A DNA stretch of 64,000 nucleotides from Bdellovibrionota bacterium (GCA_041739995.1 JBGSMV010000047.1:3972-67971), one strand, 5' to 3'; shown: positions 38,105-48,187, counted from the stretch's first letter. Notes: a model not told the origin generated them from the sequence alone. A program made the numbers and translations.

Positions 38105-38944
38105 TTAAACTCTAAGCTGCTCGCCCACCGCATAGTGCCCTCGGTCGTCAAGAATCACCGTGCATGCTTCGAGTGAAGCGTCGTGCTCGAAGACTACTAT
38201 CGCTTTCTCGGAACGCGCTCGCTCTAGAAAGCCAGCCTTCTCCTTTAGAACAGTTTCAGCACATGCATCATAACCCATGTGAAACGGAATCGGTAAGTGA
38301 TGCTGAGTAGGCACGAGGTCAGTCGGATAGAAAAGCTTCATTCCTCCGCCGTAGATCTCTACCCACTGCTGCCCTCTCGTATGTCCGTTTACCTGATGTA
38401 CAACAATCCCGGGATGGACTTCCATCTTTCCTTCAACCTCAAAGAAGTTACTGCCGACGAACGGTTCAAAATTTTCTGGCAGGTAGCTGGCTTTTTCCTT
38501 TACTGAAGGAGCTCTCGCATTCCTTAGATTATCGCGCTGAAGAATCACTCGCGCAGTTGGATATATGAGTTCGACAGCACTGCTGCCTTCTTGGTATTTT
38601 GAAATTCCGCCTGCATGATCAAAGTGCAGGTGGGTCAGAATAATGTCTGTAATCTCTTCGGCTCGCACGCCTACTTTATCGCTTGGAAGATTCTCAATGG
38701 CGAAGATTTCACGCTGCTTAGGAGTCCACTTTTCTCCCATACCCACATCGATCAGAAACTTCTTCTTCGCAGAATCATCAGTCACGACCAAACAGCGAGT
38801 GGCAAGCCTAATGCAGTTCTCGGCATCTGCTTCAATGCGACGAGACCAAAGATTCTTTGGCACTGAGCCAAACATTGCCCCACCATCGAGTCGAAAAAAT
38901 CCGAAGTTGTGCGCCGTAACTTTTAAATTTCCAAATTCCAACAT
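38105..38944 (-). CDS. MBL-fold metallo-hydrolase
   Basis: HxHxDH motif (ILTHLHFDHAGG) with downstream His/Asp ligands, in a 279-aa protein. Confidence 0.6.
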   Translation of the reverse strand: MLEFGNLKVTAHNFGFFRLDGGAMFGSVPKNLWSRRIEADAENCIRLATRCLVVTDDSAKKKFLIDVGMGEKWTPKQREIFAIENLPSDKVGVRAEEITDIILTHLHFDHAGGISKYQEGSSAVELIYPTARVILQRDNLRNARAPSVKEKASYLPENFEPFVGSNFFEVEGKMEVHPGIVVHQVNGHTRGQQWVEIYGGGMKLFYPTDLVPTQHHLPIPFHMGYDACAETVLKEKAGFLERARSEKAIVVFEHDASLEACTVILDDRGHYAVGEQLRV

Positions 38945-39230
38945 AGCTAAAGCTTGTACTCTTCTGACCTAGATCTCGGCAAATGAGATTTCTGAACCGC
39001 CAATTGCCCGACGTGGGCACCACGTCTACTCTATTAATATTGCTCAATATATTTGTAGCGCCGCTCGATTTGGGAGTGCCAGAGGTCCTTATCATTGGGT
39101 GAAGTGCTTTCGCACCCAATCTTCCTTCGAATCTGACCCCGATTAGGGGGGAGCTCCCCCATAATTTGATTAGCCGCTTGAATCTGACAGAATTCTGTCG
39201 GTCTCCTATCTCAGGTCTTGTTATTTAACC

Positions 39231-39779
39231 ATGGATTCCATGATGTCTCAGCTTTCGCGAAAGGTCGCCATGTTGTCGTTATGCGCGGCCACTCTTCCGA
39301 ATCTTGTCGGGTGTGACAGAAGTCCTGGGACTCCAACCTCTGCAGTAGACGCGTATCCGCAGAGTGTCCCTGTAAAACAGGGATCGCCCAACCAGCTCGA
39401 CACCGATCTGGCTGCATTTCTCCACAACCCCACACACTTCATAGGTAAGCGAGTACAATTTCCGATCAACTCGGGGCAGTTAACGTTCGTTGAGCAAAGG
39501 CAGTTAGACCCGACCGATGATGGGGCCTCGCTCTATGTCTACAACCTTGGACTTGGGACTCAGGGAGTTTCCGTCCGCGTCTTTTCAGCTCGGGACCTTG
39601 ATGGTGCTGCCGCGATCTCAGGTACCTGGTCAGCATTTGGAAGTACAAATTTCTTGTCGGCCGAAACAATTTTGATGCAGCGGATCGAAAACGGCGACAC
39701 AAGCTGGCTTTGGAAGAGTCTTTCAGCACTCCCGTCCCCCACTGGAGAGCCTCAGTCCTCACAGCCAGCGAGGCCATAG
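39231..39779 (+). CDS. hypothetical lipoprotein
   Basis: Signal peptide with a lipobox (LPNLVGC). No further motifs. Confidence 0.35.
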   Translation: MDSMMSQLSRKVAMLSLCAATLPNLVGCDRSPGTPTSAVDAYPQSVPVKQGSPNQLDTDLAAFLHNPTHFIGKRVQFPINSGQLTFVEQRQLDPTDDGASLYVYNLGLGTQGVSVRVFSARDLDGAAAISGTWSAFGSTNFLSAETILMQRIENGDTSWLWKSLSALPSPTGEPQSSQPARP

Positions 39780-39857
39780 AGTCGCAGACTCTAGACACGC
39801 CAGTCCATACTACTCTCGATTCTCCCGTTGTGGGGCGTCCCGACTAGCCGCATTTAG

Positions 39858-41069
39858 CTAAGCTCTTCGCTCAAGCCACGCCAACAACTCGACATGCGGA
39901 GTGTGAGGAAATTGGTCCACCAGAAGCTGGGAGCGAACCTCGTAAAGGGCCTGAAGCTGCGGCAACTCTTTCAAATAGCTTAGATAGTTGCATGAAACGT
40001 AGAAGATCCTTTGCGGCTGCTTCTCGAGAATAGTCTTTAAAACGCGGGGGTGCAGGCCTCCACGTGGCGGATCCACCACAACAGTATCTGCCTCGAAGGT
40101 TCCCCAATCGAAGTTCTCACTTGCCGCGACTGCAAACTCAATCTCGCGTTGATTCGCCACCGCATTAAAGCGCGCATCTTCCACGGCCGCTTCAAACAAC
40201 TCTACACCGAACACCCGCTCGCACTCCGAAGCAAGCCCCACGGCAAAGAAACCAGTGCCACAATACAAATCGAGAAGCCGCTTGGTGCCACTTGCACGCA
40301 CCCATTGCCGCAGCTGCTCGAGTAATAGCCCCGCACTATGAGAGTTCGTTTGAAAAAAAGAATGTGGACTTATGCGATACTTTACCCCTGAAATCTCTTC
40401 GGCAAGAGTTCCACTGCCCTTGCATACCAGCTGCGTATTGCCAAATGAGACGTCAGCAACTGTCGGGTTAGTTGACCAAAGCAGCGTTGAAATATGTTCG
40501 GTGCTTGAAAGTGTCTCCAATGCGCTGCGTATCAAAGGAGTTTCTTCAGCAGTAGGAACACTGGTGAGAATGTCGACCAATACTTCCCCAATGGTCGAGG
40601 CGCGAATAAGCGCATAACGCAGCAGTCCGCTATGTCGCTTGCGATCGAAAAAACTAAGATTTGCCTCCTTAACCCAGGTGCGTACAGAAGAAAAAGCCGA
40701 TTCGATTCGCTTATCGGAGATGAAGCAGGTGTGATTATCTATAACCCGCCACCATTTACCCTTCTGTCTAAGACCGACTCTTCCCTCAAAGTCGATCACG
40801 AAGTCCATTCGATTTCTGTAATGCTCGGTTTGAGGCGAAGGCAGAATTTCTTCGATTTGATGATCGAGCTCTGCCGTCTTGAATCCAGCGTTCACCTGCT
40901 GAATTTTAGTGCTCAGTTGCTCCGCATAAGGCATTTCTGACCAAGAGCACGAGCCACACACGTCCTTATTTGGGCAAAGTTCTTCCATTCTATGTTTCCG
41001 TGGCAGAGGAAGCCTAAGAGAGCTGCCTAGAGGCGCTCGCGATGAGGCTGCGTTGTCAAAATCTCTCAA
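39858..41069 (-). CDS. rlmD: 23S rRNA (uracil-5)-methyltransferase, RumA/RlmD family
   Basis: N-terminal Fe-S Cys cluster (CPNKDVCGSCSW), SAM motif LDLYCGTGFF and the catalytic region VVVDPPRGG. The start is ambiguous (track TTG at 41069, or the ATG encoding MEELCPN at 40986-40988). Confidence 0.65.
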   Translation of the reverse strand: MRDFDNAASSRAPLGSSLRLPLPRKHRMEELCPNKDVCGSCSWSEMPYAEQLSTKIQQVNAGFKTAELDHQIEEILPSPQTEHYRNRMDFVIDFEGRVGLRQKGKWWRVIDNHTCFISDKRIESAFSSVRTWVKEANLSFFDRKRHSGLLRYALIRASTIGEVLVDILTSVPTAEETPLIRSALETLSSTEHISTLLWSTNPTVADVSFGNTQLVCKGSGTLAEEISGVKYRISPHSFFQTNSHSAGLLLEQLRQWVRASGTKRLLDLYCGTGFFAVGLASECERVFGVELFEAAVEDARFNAVANQREIEFAVAASENFDWGTFEADTVVVDPPRGGLHPRVLKTILEKQPQRIFYVSCNYLSYLKELPQLQALYEVRSQLLVDQFPHTPHVELLAWLERRA

Positions 41070-41171
41070 TCCAAGGAGTATGCATGCTCAACTAATATGA
41101 AACAAATCGCCTCTTAGTTCGACTAAGGCAATGGTGCGATTCAATGCGCTAGAGTACTCAAGGTCGTCCCT

Positions 41172-41843
41172 ATGAAATTTGCGAAACTTAGCACGTTGAT
41201 AGTCACCGCGGTCTTGGGAGTCGCTGTTACTCTCTTGCTGCTTTATAGAGTCGGCCCTTCGAATCTCTCGGCTGACTCGATAAGTTCAATCGAAAGTAAG
41301 GGCAAAGATATGAAACAAGTTCTCGCGGTTGCAACCTTCGCCGGTGGATGCTTCTGGTGCATGCAGCCCCCCTTCGACTCTGCCCCAGGAGTGGTTGAGA
41401 CTATAGTCGGATACACGGGCGGCGAGGAACCCAATCCTAGCTATGAACTCATTAGCACCGGACGCACGAAGTATGCCGAAGCAGTACAGGTGAGATTCGA
41501 CCCGTCACAGACTACCTACGAACAACTACTCGAAGTGTTTTGGAAGAACATTGACCCCACACAAGGTGACGGACAGTTCGCAGATCGTGGCCCTCAATAC
41601 CGGACCGCGATTTTTTTTCATAACGACGAGCAGAAGAAGTTAGCTGAAGCATCGAAGAAAGACCTTCAACTCGCTGCAAAGTTTGCAGGATCTATTGTCA
41701 CTCAGATCGTTCCTGCGACTGAATTCTACCGCGCCGAGGAGTATCACCAAGATTACTACAAGAAAAACGAAACTCACTATAACCTGTACAAGGTCGGCTC
41801 GGGGCGAGCGGGCTTCATTGAGAAGACCTGGGGGAAGCCCTAA
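41172..41843 (+). CDS. msrA: peptide-methionine (S)-S-oxide reductase with N-terminal membrane anchor/signal
   Basis: GCFWC catalytic motif and the GYTGG...YEEV block. The N-terminal hydrophobic segment suggests a periplasm-facing enzyme. Confidence 0.75.
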   Translation: MKFAKLSTLIVTAVLGVAVTLLLLYRVGPSNLSADSISSIESKGKDMKQVLAVATFAGGCFWCMQPPFDSAPGVVETIVGYTGGEEPNPSYELISTGRTKYAEAVQVRFDPSQTTYEQLLEVFWKNIDPTQGDGQFADRGPQYRTAIFFHNDEQKKLAEASKKDLQLAAKFAGSIVTQIVPATEFYRAEEYHQDYYKKNETHYNLYKVGSGRAGFIEKTWGKP

Positions 41844-42061
41844 GCCTGCTTAGAGGTTCCCAGCCGCCGATAGCTGCCCGAATCTCCAACATGGCCGCCT
41901 GCAAGGGTAGGAACGAAGCACTGTCCCGTTCAGATGGTGCCGTTTAGTCATGGCGTCCTTTTGAGTCGCACGAGGCAATTCTCCCTCTTTGTAATGACGC
42001 TCCAGAATTATTAGACTACAGGGGCCATAAATACTCTCACGGACCCTGACGTTACTAGCTC

Positions 42062-44188
42062 ATGACCAATTGCCCTACATATTCCCGCGCCATTCCCGCG
42101 CCGTCGATTCTACAGAAGCGAAGCCAGGGACACCGCCTCCTGACTTTTACGAGGATTGCCCGTTGGAGTCTGACGGGAGCAATTTGTTTACTTCTTATTT
42201 CTTGCTCCTCCCCCGAAAAGGACGCCGAAGAATTGCTGAAGCAAATGCAGCAAGCTTACAAGGAAGGAGTCTCGATTCCCGAACTCGAGTCACGAGCTGC
42301 ACGAGAAGAACAACTAAGTGCCTTTGAGAGAGTACTGTCGCTTTCCCAAAGGCTAGAGAAAAAATTTCCCAACACTTTAGTGGCCCAAGGCATCGAAGCG
42401 GGACAGATCGACTTGGGCGGCCTTTCTTTGAGACAACTTCGAGAAGTGACCCTCCCGCTACTCAGACGCGACCTACTCGCCGGGTCGGATCCTCTGACTG
42501 CAGTGCGCGTACTAGCTGAACGAGTTTCGGATCCGGCCGCGGCAAGCAAGGTACTGGTGGACCTTGCACGTAGCTATGATAACTCCGGGCGAGGTCGAGA
42601 AGCCGAATCTGCCCTGGCGGATGCCTTCGCGCTAACCTCTTCTATTCAAGATCGTACCACTCGAGTTGAACGACTCTCCGCAATCGCCTTCGGACATGCA
42701 AATTCAAGCCGACATACTCAAGCACTTGAAATTGCGTTTTCTGCGCTTGCTGAGGCCAAGCAAGTTGCAGATCTCGAGCGCCGATCTCTTACACTCTCCC
42801 AAATCTCTCTCTCCTATTACCTTCTTGGAGCTCAAGAGCGAGGCTATGAAGCTCTGCTTTCTGTTCCAGACAAGACTCGTCGTCGCCGCGCACTCGCTGA
42901 GGTCAGTAGCGAACTTCTCAAGAAGAATCTTGCCCATCAAGTAGTCGCTGCCTCGACAAGTCTCTTCAACGCCGAAGATCGTGCCGATTTTCTGCTTGAG
43001 CAAGCAGAACTCGCGAATACACTGGGAATAGCTCCAGGGGTTATTCTTTTAGTCGATCAGGCTCTTCCGCTGTTCTCCCGATCTCGCTCAGCGCAGAAGC
43101 GCTGGGTAAGAACGATACAGGCTGCCAGCCTTTTGCGTCGCGCAGGCCAGACTGCGCGGGCACTTGAGTTACTCCAAGGCGTGGAGCCTCAGATTTCGAG
43201 TGATTCATCCTTAGGCGAGGAGGCTGCCAAGATAGCGCTCGAACTAGCCGAACTTAATCAATCAGCTGAGGCAATAGCACTTGGCCAGCGACTCACGAAG
43301 GAGGCTCGCAAAGAACCTCGCGCAAAGCAGGACGTCGTGTTTGCCATTATCGCCCAGGCATTTTGCGTGGCAGATGAGCCCCAACTATCGTTGCCACTTC
43401 TCAAAGATATTTCAGAGGATTCGGAACGAGTTCGTGCACTTTCAGAGGCCGCGAAAGCAGCGAAAGTGTCCGGAAGCAGCGGTTTCGCTCGAAGAATGCT
43501 TGAAGATGCGGCTCTGACGCTCGCCAAGATTCCGGATTCGGAGAGTAAGGTCTCCTTGTCTCTTTTTCTGCGCGATGCCTACGTCGATGTTGGACAGCTT
43601 GAGGATGCGCGTAAGCTATCTTTCTCTCTCCAAGCCACAGACAAGCGGTGGCGCACCCATGTTCGCTCCTATCACGCGCAGTTACTTTCAAAAGGTTTTT
43701 CCGAAGAAAGCCTGCTGGTAGCACGCTCCGTCAACGACGCATCTATGCGTGGCCTTCTTTTATCGGAGACGGCCAAGCAGTTCTATCGCGACAACAATCG
43801 AAATGACGCATTTCGAATAGTCGAGGAAGCGGTTGCCGAATTCGATCAGGTGAAGGATTCGAACCGCCTAAGAGCATTGATCGCTTTAGTAGCAGATTCG
43901 GTGCTTCAAATTAATTGGCCAACCTATGCCAACAAGCTAATCGAGAAGTATAAGCTTGATGATACCCCTGTCTGGCTTTGCCGAGTCGCTTCCTCGTTTG
44001 CAGAAACTGGCCAGCGCGAAGAGGCTCTGGGCGTACTTCAAAAAGCACTGGCGAGCGCCCTCGCACTCAAACGACCAGAAGATCGTGCTCAGGTTCTGCT
44101 CCGCGTGGGCGAGACCCTCGCCACTCTCGAAACAGTACTCGATTACGATGCCCAAATGCTGCTCTCCCAAATTCTCGAACAAAACTAA
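42062..44188 (+). CDS. large alpha-helical repeat lipoprotein (hypothetical)
   Basis: Lipoprotein signal (LLISCSS), followed by about 650 aa of degenerate ~35-40-aa Ala/Leu/Arg/Glu-rich helical repeats of TPR/Sel1-like character. Confidence 0.3.
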   Translation: MTNCPTYSRAIPAPSILQKRSQGHRLLTFTRIARWSLTGAICLLLISCSSPEKDAEELLKQMQQAYKEGVSIPELESRAAREEQLSAFERVLSLSQRLEKKFPNTLVAQGIEAGQIDLGGLSLRQLREVTLPLLRRDLLAGSDPLTAVRVLAERVSDPAAASKVLVDLARSYDNSGRGREAESALADAFALTSSIQDRTTRVERLSAIAFGHANSSRHTQALEIAFSALAEAKQVADLERRSLTLSQISLSYYLLGAQERGYEALLSVPDKTRRRRALAEVSSELLKKNLAHQVVAASTSLFNAEDRADFLLEQAELANTLGIAPGVILLVDQALPLFSRSRSAQKRWVRTIQAASLLRRAGQTARALELLQGVEPQISSDSSLGEEAAKIALELAELNQSAEAIALGQRLTKEARKEPRAKQDVVFAIIAQAFCVADEPQLSLPLLKDISEDSERVRALSEAAKAAKVSGSSGFARRMLEDAALTLAKIPDSESKVSLSLFLRDAYVDVGQLEDARKLSFSLQATDKRWRTHVRSYHAQLLSKGFSEESLLVARSVNDASMRGLLLSETAKQFYRDNNRNDAFRIVEEAVAEFDQVKDSNRLRALIALVADSVLQINWPTYANKLIEKYKLDDTPVWLCRVASSFAETGQREEALGVLQKALASALALKRPEDRAQVLLRVGETLATLETVLDYDAQMLLSQILEQN

Positions 44189-44260
44189 GGATTTTCGCCT
44201 ATTTTTCCCGTATTTCTGGGCTAAAGTGAGGTTTTACTAAGAATCCCGCCAGCTATACGA

Positions 44261-44285
44261 TGTGGCCACATTTAGGTGGCCACAT
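44261..44285. promoter_or_regulatory. two copies of the palindrome GTGGCCAC 7 bp apart, overlapping the RBS of the downstream lipoprotein gene (candidate operator)
   Basis: The sequence is tgtggccacatttaggtggccacat; each GTGGCCAC is a perfect 8-bp palindrome. The second copy overlaps an AGGTGG SD-like element 8 nt upstream of the ATG at 44288. Confidence 0.3.
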
Positions 44286-44287
44286 AT

Positions 44288-45463
44288 ATGTATACATTCC
44301 CGCATGTTCGTTCTGTCCTAGCTTTAGCGTCTCTGCTCTTCTGCTTGGGTGGATGTTCCAGTAGCTCTTCTCCGGGCGATGGTTCAGCGTCGCCGGCTCT
44401 TAATGAACAGCAAATTTCCGCCCAAACTGGTTCGGGCGGTTTTGTGCAATTTAGCTTTTCGCTTCCACCAGGCAGCGCATCTCTACAGATTGTGGCGGTA
44501 AGTCCTTCAAGTGTTCTAGTGCCTCGCTCCCTACAGAACTCCGCTTCGGTCGAACTACTACCACTCACCACTCAAACAACCGACCAAGCAAGAGAAAACA
44601 GCTTGAGCCCTTCAACTCTCAATGCGCCTTTTTTAGGCGATAGTATTTCGGAAGGAACGTTTACAGTTCAGTATCAACTGAGCTCGAATGCTTCTGGCGT
44701 TACTTGCAATTTTTCGATTCTCAGTAAGTCAGACACAGATTTGGGAAGTGGTACGGTTAGGCTAAATCTTGTGAACGTGGGCCCCGTAGCGAACTCCAAC
44801 AGTCTTCGCAGCGATTTAGACGCTGTCTTGGATATAGCAAAAGTAATTTTTGATCGTGCCGGCATCTCCATTGATCCGGTTTGGTACGACTTCGACGGTC
44901 CCGAACTGCTTCCCGATCCAAGAAATGGCGACCCGCTATATCAGGCAATCAGTGCAGCTGTTCGCCCCCATTCGGTCAACATGGTGTTCGGTTCTCGAGT
45001 ATTGGGCCTGAGATCTGACGATCGTTATGCCGTGGCTGGGGCGGCGCCAGGTCCAAGCACCACCTCTTCAAGGAGTGCGGTGGTAATGGATCTTATCGAG
45101 GTGACTGGAGGAGACGGAGAATTTCAAACGGACGACAACGAGGACGACCGCCCCTCATCACATAATGATGAGTATAGGCTCGCTGCCGAAGAGCTAGTAA
45201 GAACCGTCTCCAACTATCTAGGGCTTGAAGATATCGTTTCGTTCTCGGGTAACCGCGTAGTCGATTCGGATGCGCTCTCCGACACCGATTCTTGCCTCAC
45301 CGAGGAAGCCTGCGAGGAGAAAAAGGACACCAGCAATAACGCGATGATGCCTAGACCGCTGCGACAACGCGACAGAGAGTCATCAGGTCGTGGCTTCCAT
45401 CCACGTCAGTTTTTCACCGATCAACAAAGTGCCGTGCTAAACAACCACGTGCTGGTCGATTAA
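44288..45463 (+). CDS. hypothetical secreted lipoprotein
   Basis: The ATG at 44288 gives MYTFPHVRSVLALASLLFCLGGCSSS, a signal peptide plus lipobox. The track start (GTG at 44276) lies inside the palindrome. The Ser/Thr/Asp-rich body carries no recognisable motif. Confidence 0.3.
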   Translation: MYTFPHVRSVLALASLLFCLGGCSSSSSPGDGSASPALNEQQISAQTGSGGFVQFSFSLPPGSASLQIVAVSPSSVLVPRSLQNSASVELLPLTTQTTDQARENSLSPSTLNAPFLGDSISEGTFTVQYQLSSNASGVTCNFSILSKSDTDLGSGTVRLNLVNVGPVANSNSLRSDLDAVLDIAKVIFDRAGISIDPVWYDFDGPELLPDPRNGDPLYQAISAAVRPHSVNMVFGSRVLGLRSDDRYAVAGAAPGPSTTSSRSAVVMDLIEVTGGDGEFQTDDNEDDRPSSHNDEYRLAAEELVRTVSNYLGLEDIVSFSGNRVVDSDALSDTDSCLTEEACEEKKDTSNNAMMPRPLRQRDRESSGRGFHPRQFFTDQQSAVLNNHVLVD

Positions 45464-45589
45464 CTCACTGTCCTTATTGAATTATTTTCAATATTGGTGC
45501 GTCCCCCCCTGGCGCAAGAAGCTTCTATTGGGGAATATGCCCTTCGCATTGTAGTGTTACACTTGCACTAGATAGAGGGGTTTTCTGAT

Positions 45590-46174
45590 ATGGGATCAAC
45601 TGGGCAGGGGCTTAAGCAAGGACCAAGAATCGACGACTCTGGTTTCGTCCTCACTACACTAGAAAGTGCCCTCGGCTGGGCGAGAAAGTATTCCCTGTTC
45701 TCTTACCCGTTCGTCACCGCTTGCTGCGGGATGGAATTCATGGCGGTTAGTTGCTCGCACTACGACACGGACAGGTTCGGCGCCGCTCTTCCGCGCTTCA
45801 CACCGAGACAATCTGATTTGCTTTGGGTAGTGGGCACTATCAACCACAAGCTCGCCCCGGTTCTGCTTCGCGTCTACGAGCAGATGGCTGAGCCTAAGTG
45901 GGTTATTGCCTTCGGTGCTTGTGCTTCATCGGGCGGCTTCTACGATAACTACACGACCGTGGCCGGCATCGATAAAATTATCCCGGTTGATATGTACATC
46001 CCTGGGTGTCCTCCAAGACCAGAAACTATCATCGACTCCCTCTTGCATTTGCAACGCAACATTCAGCGCTCGCGTCAGCCGATAACTCACGACCATGGTG
46101 GCAAACAACAGCATCCTGAACTTGCGCCGCTACTCGGAGATGAAATTGATACAGGGCTCGGACGCCCATCCTAA
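45590..46174 (+). CDS. NuoB-like / [NiFe]-hydrogenase small-subunit-like [4Fe-4S] protein, stand-alone
   Basis: All four N2-cluster Cys motifs are present (TACCGMEFMAV, GACASSGG, IPGCPPRPE). No nuoA or nuoC/D is adjacent; the flanking genes are a lipoprotein and a convergent histidine kinase. Confidence 0.6.
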   Translation: MGSTGQGLKQGPRIDDSGFVLTTLESALGWARKYSLFSYPFVTACCGMEFMAVSCSHYDTDRFGAALPRFTPRQSDLLWVVGTINHKLAPVLLRVYEQMAEPKWVIAFGACASSGGFYDNYTTVAGIDKIIPVDMYIPGCPPRPETIIDSLLHLQRNIQRSRQPITHDHGGKQQHPELAPLLGDEIDTGLGRPS

Positions 46175-46204
46175 GACTGGCACCTGGCAGATTTGCAAAC
46201 CAGG

Positions 46205-48187
46205 TTAGGCAACTTCAGAGTAACGCTCTGTCCTGCTACTCTTAGAGCTCCTTGAGGCCCCTTCTCTAAATTGGTGAATCGAGTCTTTGAGAGCACCTTC
46301 GAGACTTTCAAGCTCTACTGGCTTCATGATGAACGCTGCTGCACCTTGAGCAAGAAACCGCGCACCATCACTGTCGCCCGTAAGCACAATGACCGGGAGC
46401 GCTCGCTGACTGACTGCCCCGCTCTCCAAGAGCGCCTCAACACCCCCAAACGGCATGTGCGCATCCGACACTATCGCTTCCACCTCGAAGGCATCGAGGC
46501 ACTGCAACGCCTGAGCAACTGAATACGCGCGGACTGCTTCAATCCCACGAGTAGAGAGCGCTCTCGCAAGAGTGTCGACCGAGTCTCGATCATCATCAAC
46601 CAATAACACTCGCAGCCGCTCAGTCGCGGCTTGCGGCCTTTCAGCTTGCAGCCCTCGATGAGCAGGGAAGCTCACCGTAAATTCAGAATATTGCCCTGCC
46701 TCAGAACGAACAGAAATCTGACCATCGTTTAGTTCAACCAAGGAGCGCGTTAAGGTAAGCCCCAGTCCAATTCCCTCAGCAAGTTCAGGCTGGAAACGAG
46801 TAAACGGTGTAAAGAGCTGCGCGATCTGCCCCTGCGTCATCCCCGCGCCGGTATCCGACACTACAATCTTCAGTTCCTGAGTGTTCCCATCAGCACTTAC
46901 GCAAGATTTGAGCTCGAGTCCCACTCGTCCGGACTCTGTATATTTAAAGGCATTGCTCAATAGGTTGGTGACAATTCGTCTCACATGAACACGATCAGCT
47001 AAGACGAACACTTCTCCCTCAGGAATAGAGACGTCGAAGCGAAGCTTCTTCAGAGAAGCCGCGATCTTAAAGCTCTCCGCCAGGGTGCTTAAGATATCTT
47101 GTAAGGCCACAACTTCTAAGCGTTTCGTAATAGTGCCAGTTTGCACACGAGAGAAGTCAATCAGGCTGCCCACCATCTCATCAAGCCCGTCGCAGTTGCG
47201 CATTGCCACATCAAGCAACTCAGGAAAGTCGCTCGCCTCTCCTTCAAGCTTAAGCACACTAAGAATCGCTTTTAGATTGCTGAGGGGCGAACGTATGTCA
47301 TGAGAGATTTCGGTAATAAGTTTACTACTAGACTTTGAATGCGCCTCAGCCGAGACCACTCTTTCAGAGAGCACTTTCCTTTCACGAAAGAGCTGAAGCG
47401 CCTGTTCAAGTTCATGCGCCACTTGTGTAATTCGCTCGCGCTCCAGATCTGTCGGAAAGCGGTCAGGCGGATAGCCCAACCACAACATTCCCATATCTCC
47501 TTGAACCGTAAAGGTGGCTGAGATCCCAAATCGATAGCCAAACAACGCGAGAGCCTCTGACTCCACCATCTCAGAACGCACTAAGGCTGCACCAAACAAA
47601 GATTGGCATGCTTGGCGAAATCGGCTGCCTTGATTCCCCACCACACAGACGCTTGGTCCCAGAGTGACCACCGCACATGAATTTCTAAACCTACCTTTTA
47701 GAGCAATTAGGAAGTCTCGCGTTAAGGTTTCCTCATCTGAACACTGCTGCTCCGGAACTAATGACGTCTTGTGCTCATTAGAAAGTGCCACCGTCGCCAA
47801 ACGATCGCTGCGCCTCTTAAGGTCCGCCGCTGCCGACTCTAGTTCCCAATCCTTAATGTTGAGACGACTGCGTAGCGCACCAATAGACGCGAAGAGAGAC
47901 TTTCCAGTCGAGGATAAGTACTGTTCCGTTCCTGAACGAATATTGGTTTCGGCCCCAGAGAATGAACGCCAAGGAATGCCCCACACACGAGCAGCGCGCC
48001 TCAATCGTAGCCCGTCGTCTCCTATCAGCACTCTGGCGGCACGCGCTGCTTGCCACAGGTCAATCCAGATCACGATAGAAGCACCGGCGAGAACTCCTCC
48101 TGAGCAGAACACCACGAACGGAAGCTCATGGTAAGCGCCCAGGCAAAGCAGCGTAAAGGCCCCTATAATAATTACGAAAAGTCCCAT
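46205..48187 (-). CDS. hybrid sensor histidine kinase (TM, sensory domain, HisKA, HATPase, C-terminal receiver)
   Basis: Two N-terminal TM helices, H-box ISHDIRSPLSN, G-box GLGLTLTRSLVE, and a C-terminal REC domain (VLLVDDD...VSDAHMP...LTGD...MKP). Confidence 0.65.
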   Translation of the reverse strand: MGLFVIIIGAFTLLCLGAYHELPFVVFCSGGVLAGASIVIWIDLWQAARAARVLIGDDGLRLRRAARVWGIPWRSFSGAETNIRSGTEQYLSSTGKSLFASIGALRSRLNIKDWELESAAADLKRRSDRLATVALSNEHKTSLVPEQQCSDEETLTRDFLIALKGRFRNSCAVVTLGPSVCVVGNQGSRFRQACQSLFGAALVRSEMVESEALALFGYRFGISATFTVQGDMGMLWLGYPPDRFPTDLERERITQVAHELEQALQLFRERKVLSERVVSAEAHSKSSSKLITEISHDIRSPLSNLKAILSVLKLEGEASDFPELLDVAMRNCDGLDEMVGSLIDFSRVQTGTITKRLEVVALQDILSTLAESFKIAASLKKLRFDVSIPEGEVFVLADRVHVRRIVTNLLSNAFKYTESGRVGLELKSCVSADGNTQELKIVVSDTGAGMTQGQIAQLFTPFTRFQPELAEGIGLGLTLTRSLVELNDGQISVRSEAGQYSEFTVSFPAHRGLQAERPQAATERLRVLLVDDDRDSVDTLARALSTRGIEAVRAYSVAQALQCLDAFEVEAIVSDAHMPFGGVEALLESGAVSQRALPVIVLTGDSDGARFLAQGAAAFIMKPVELESLEGALKDSIHQFREGASRSSKSSRTERYSEVA

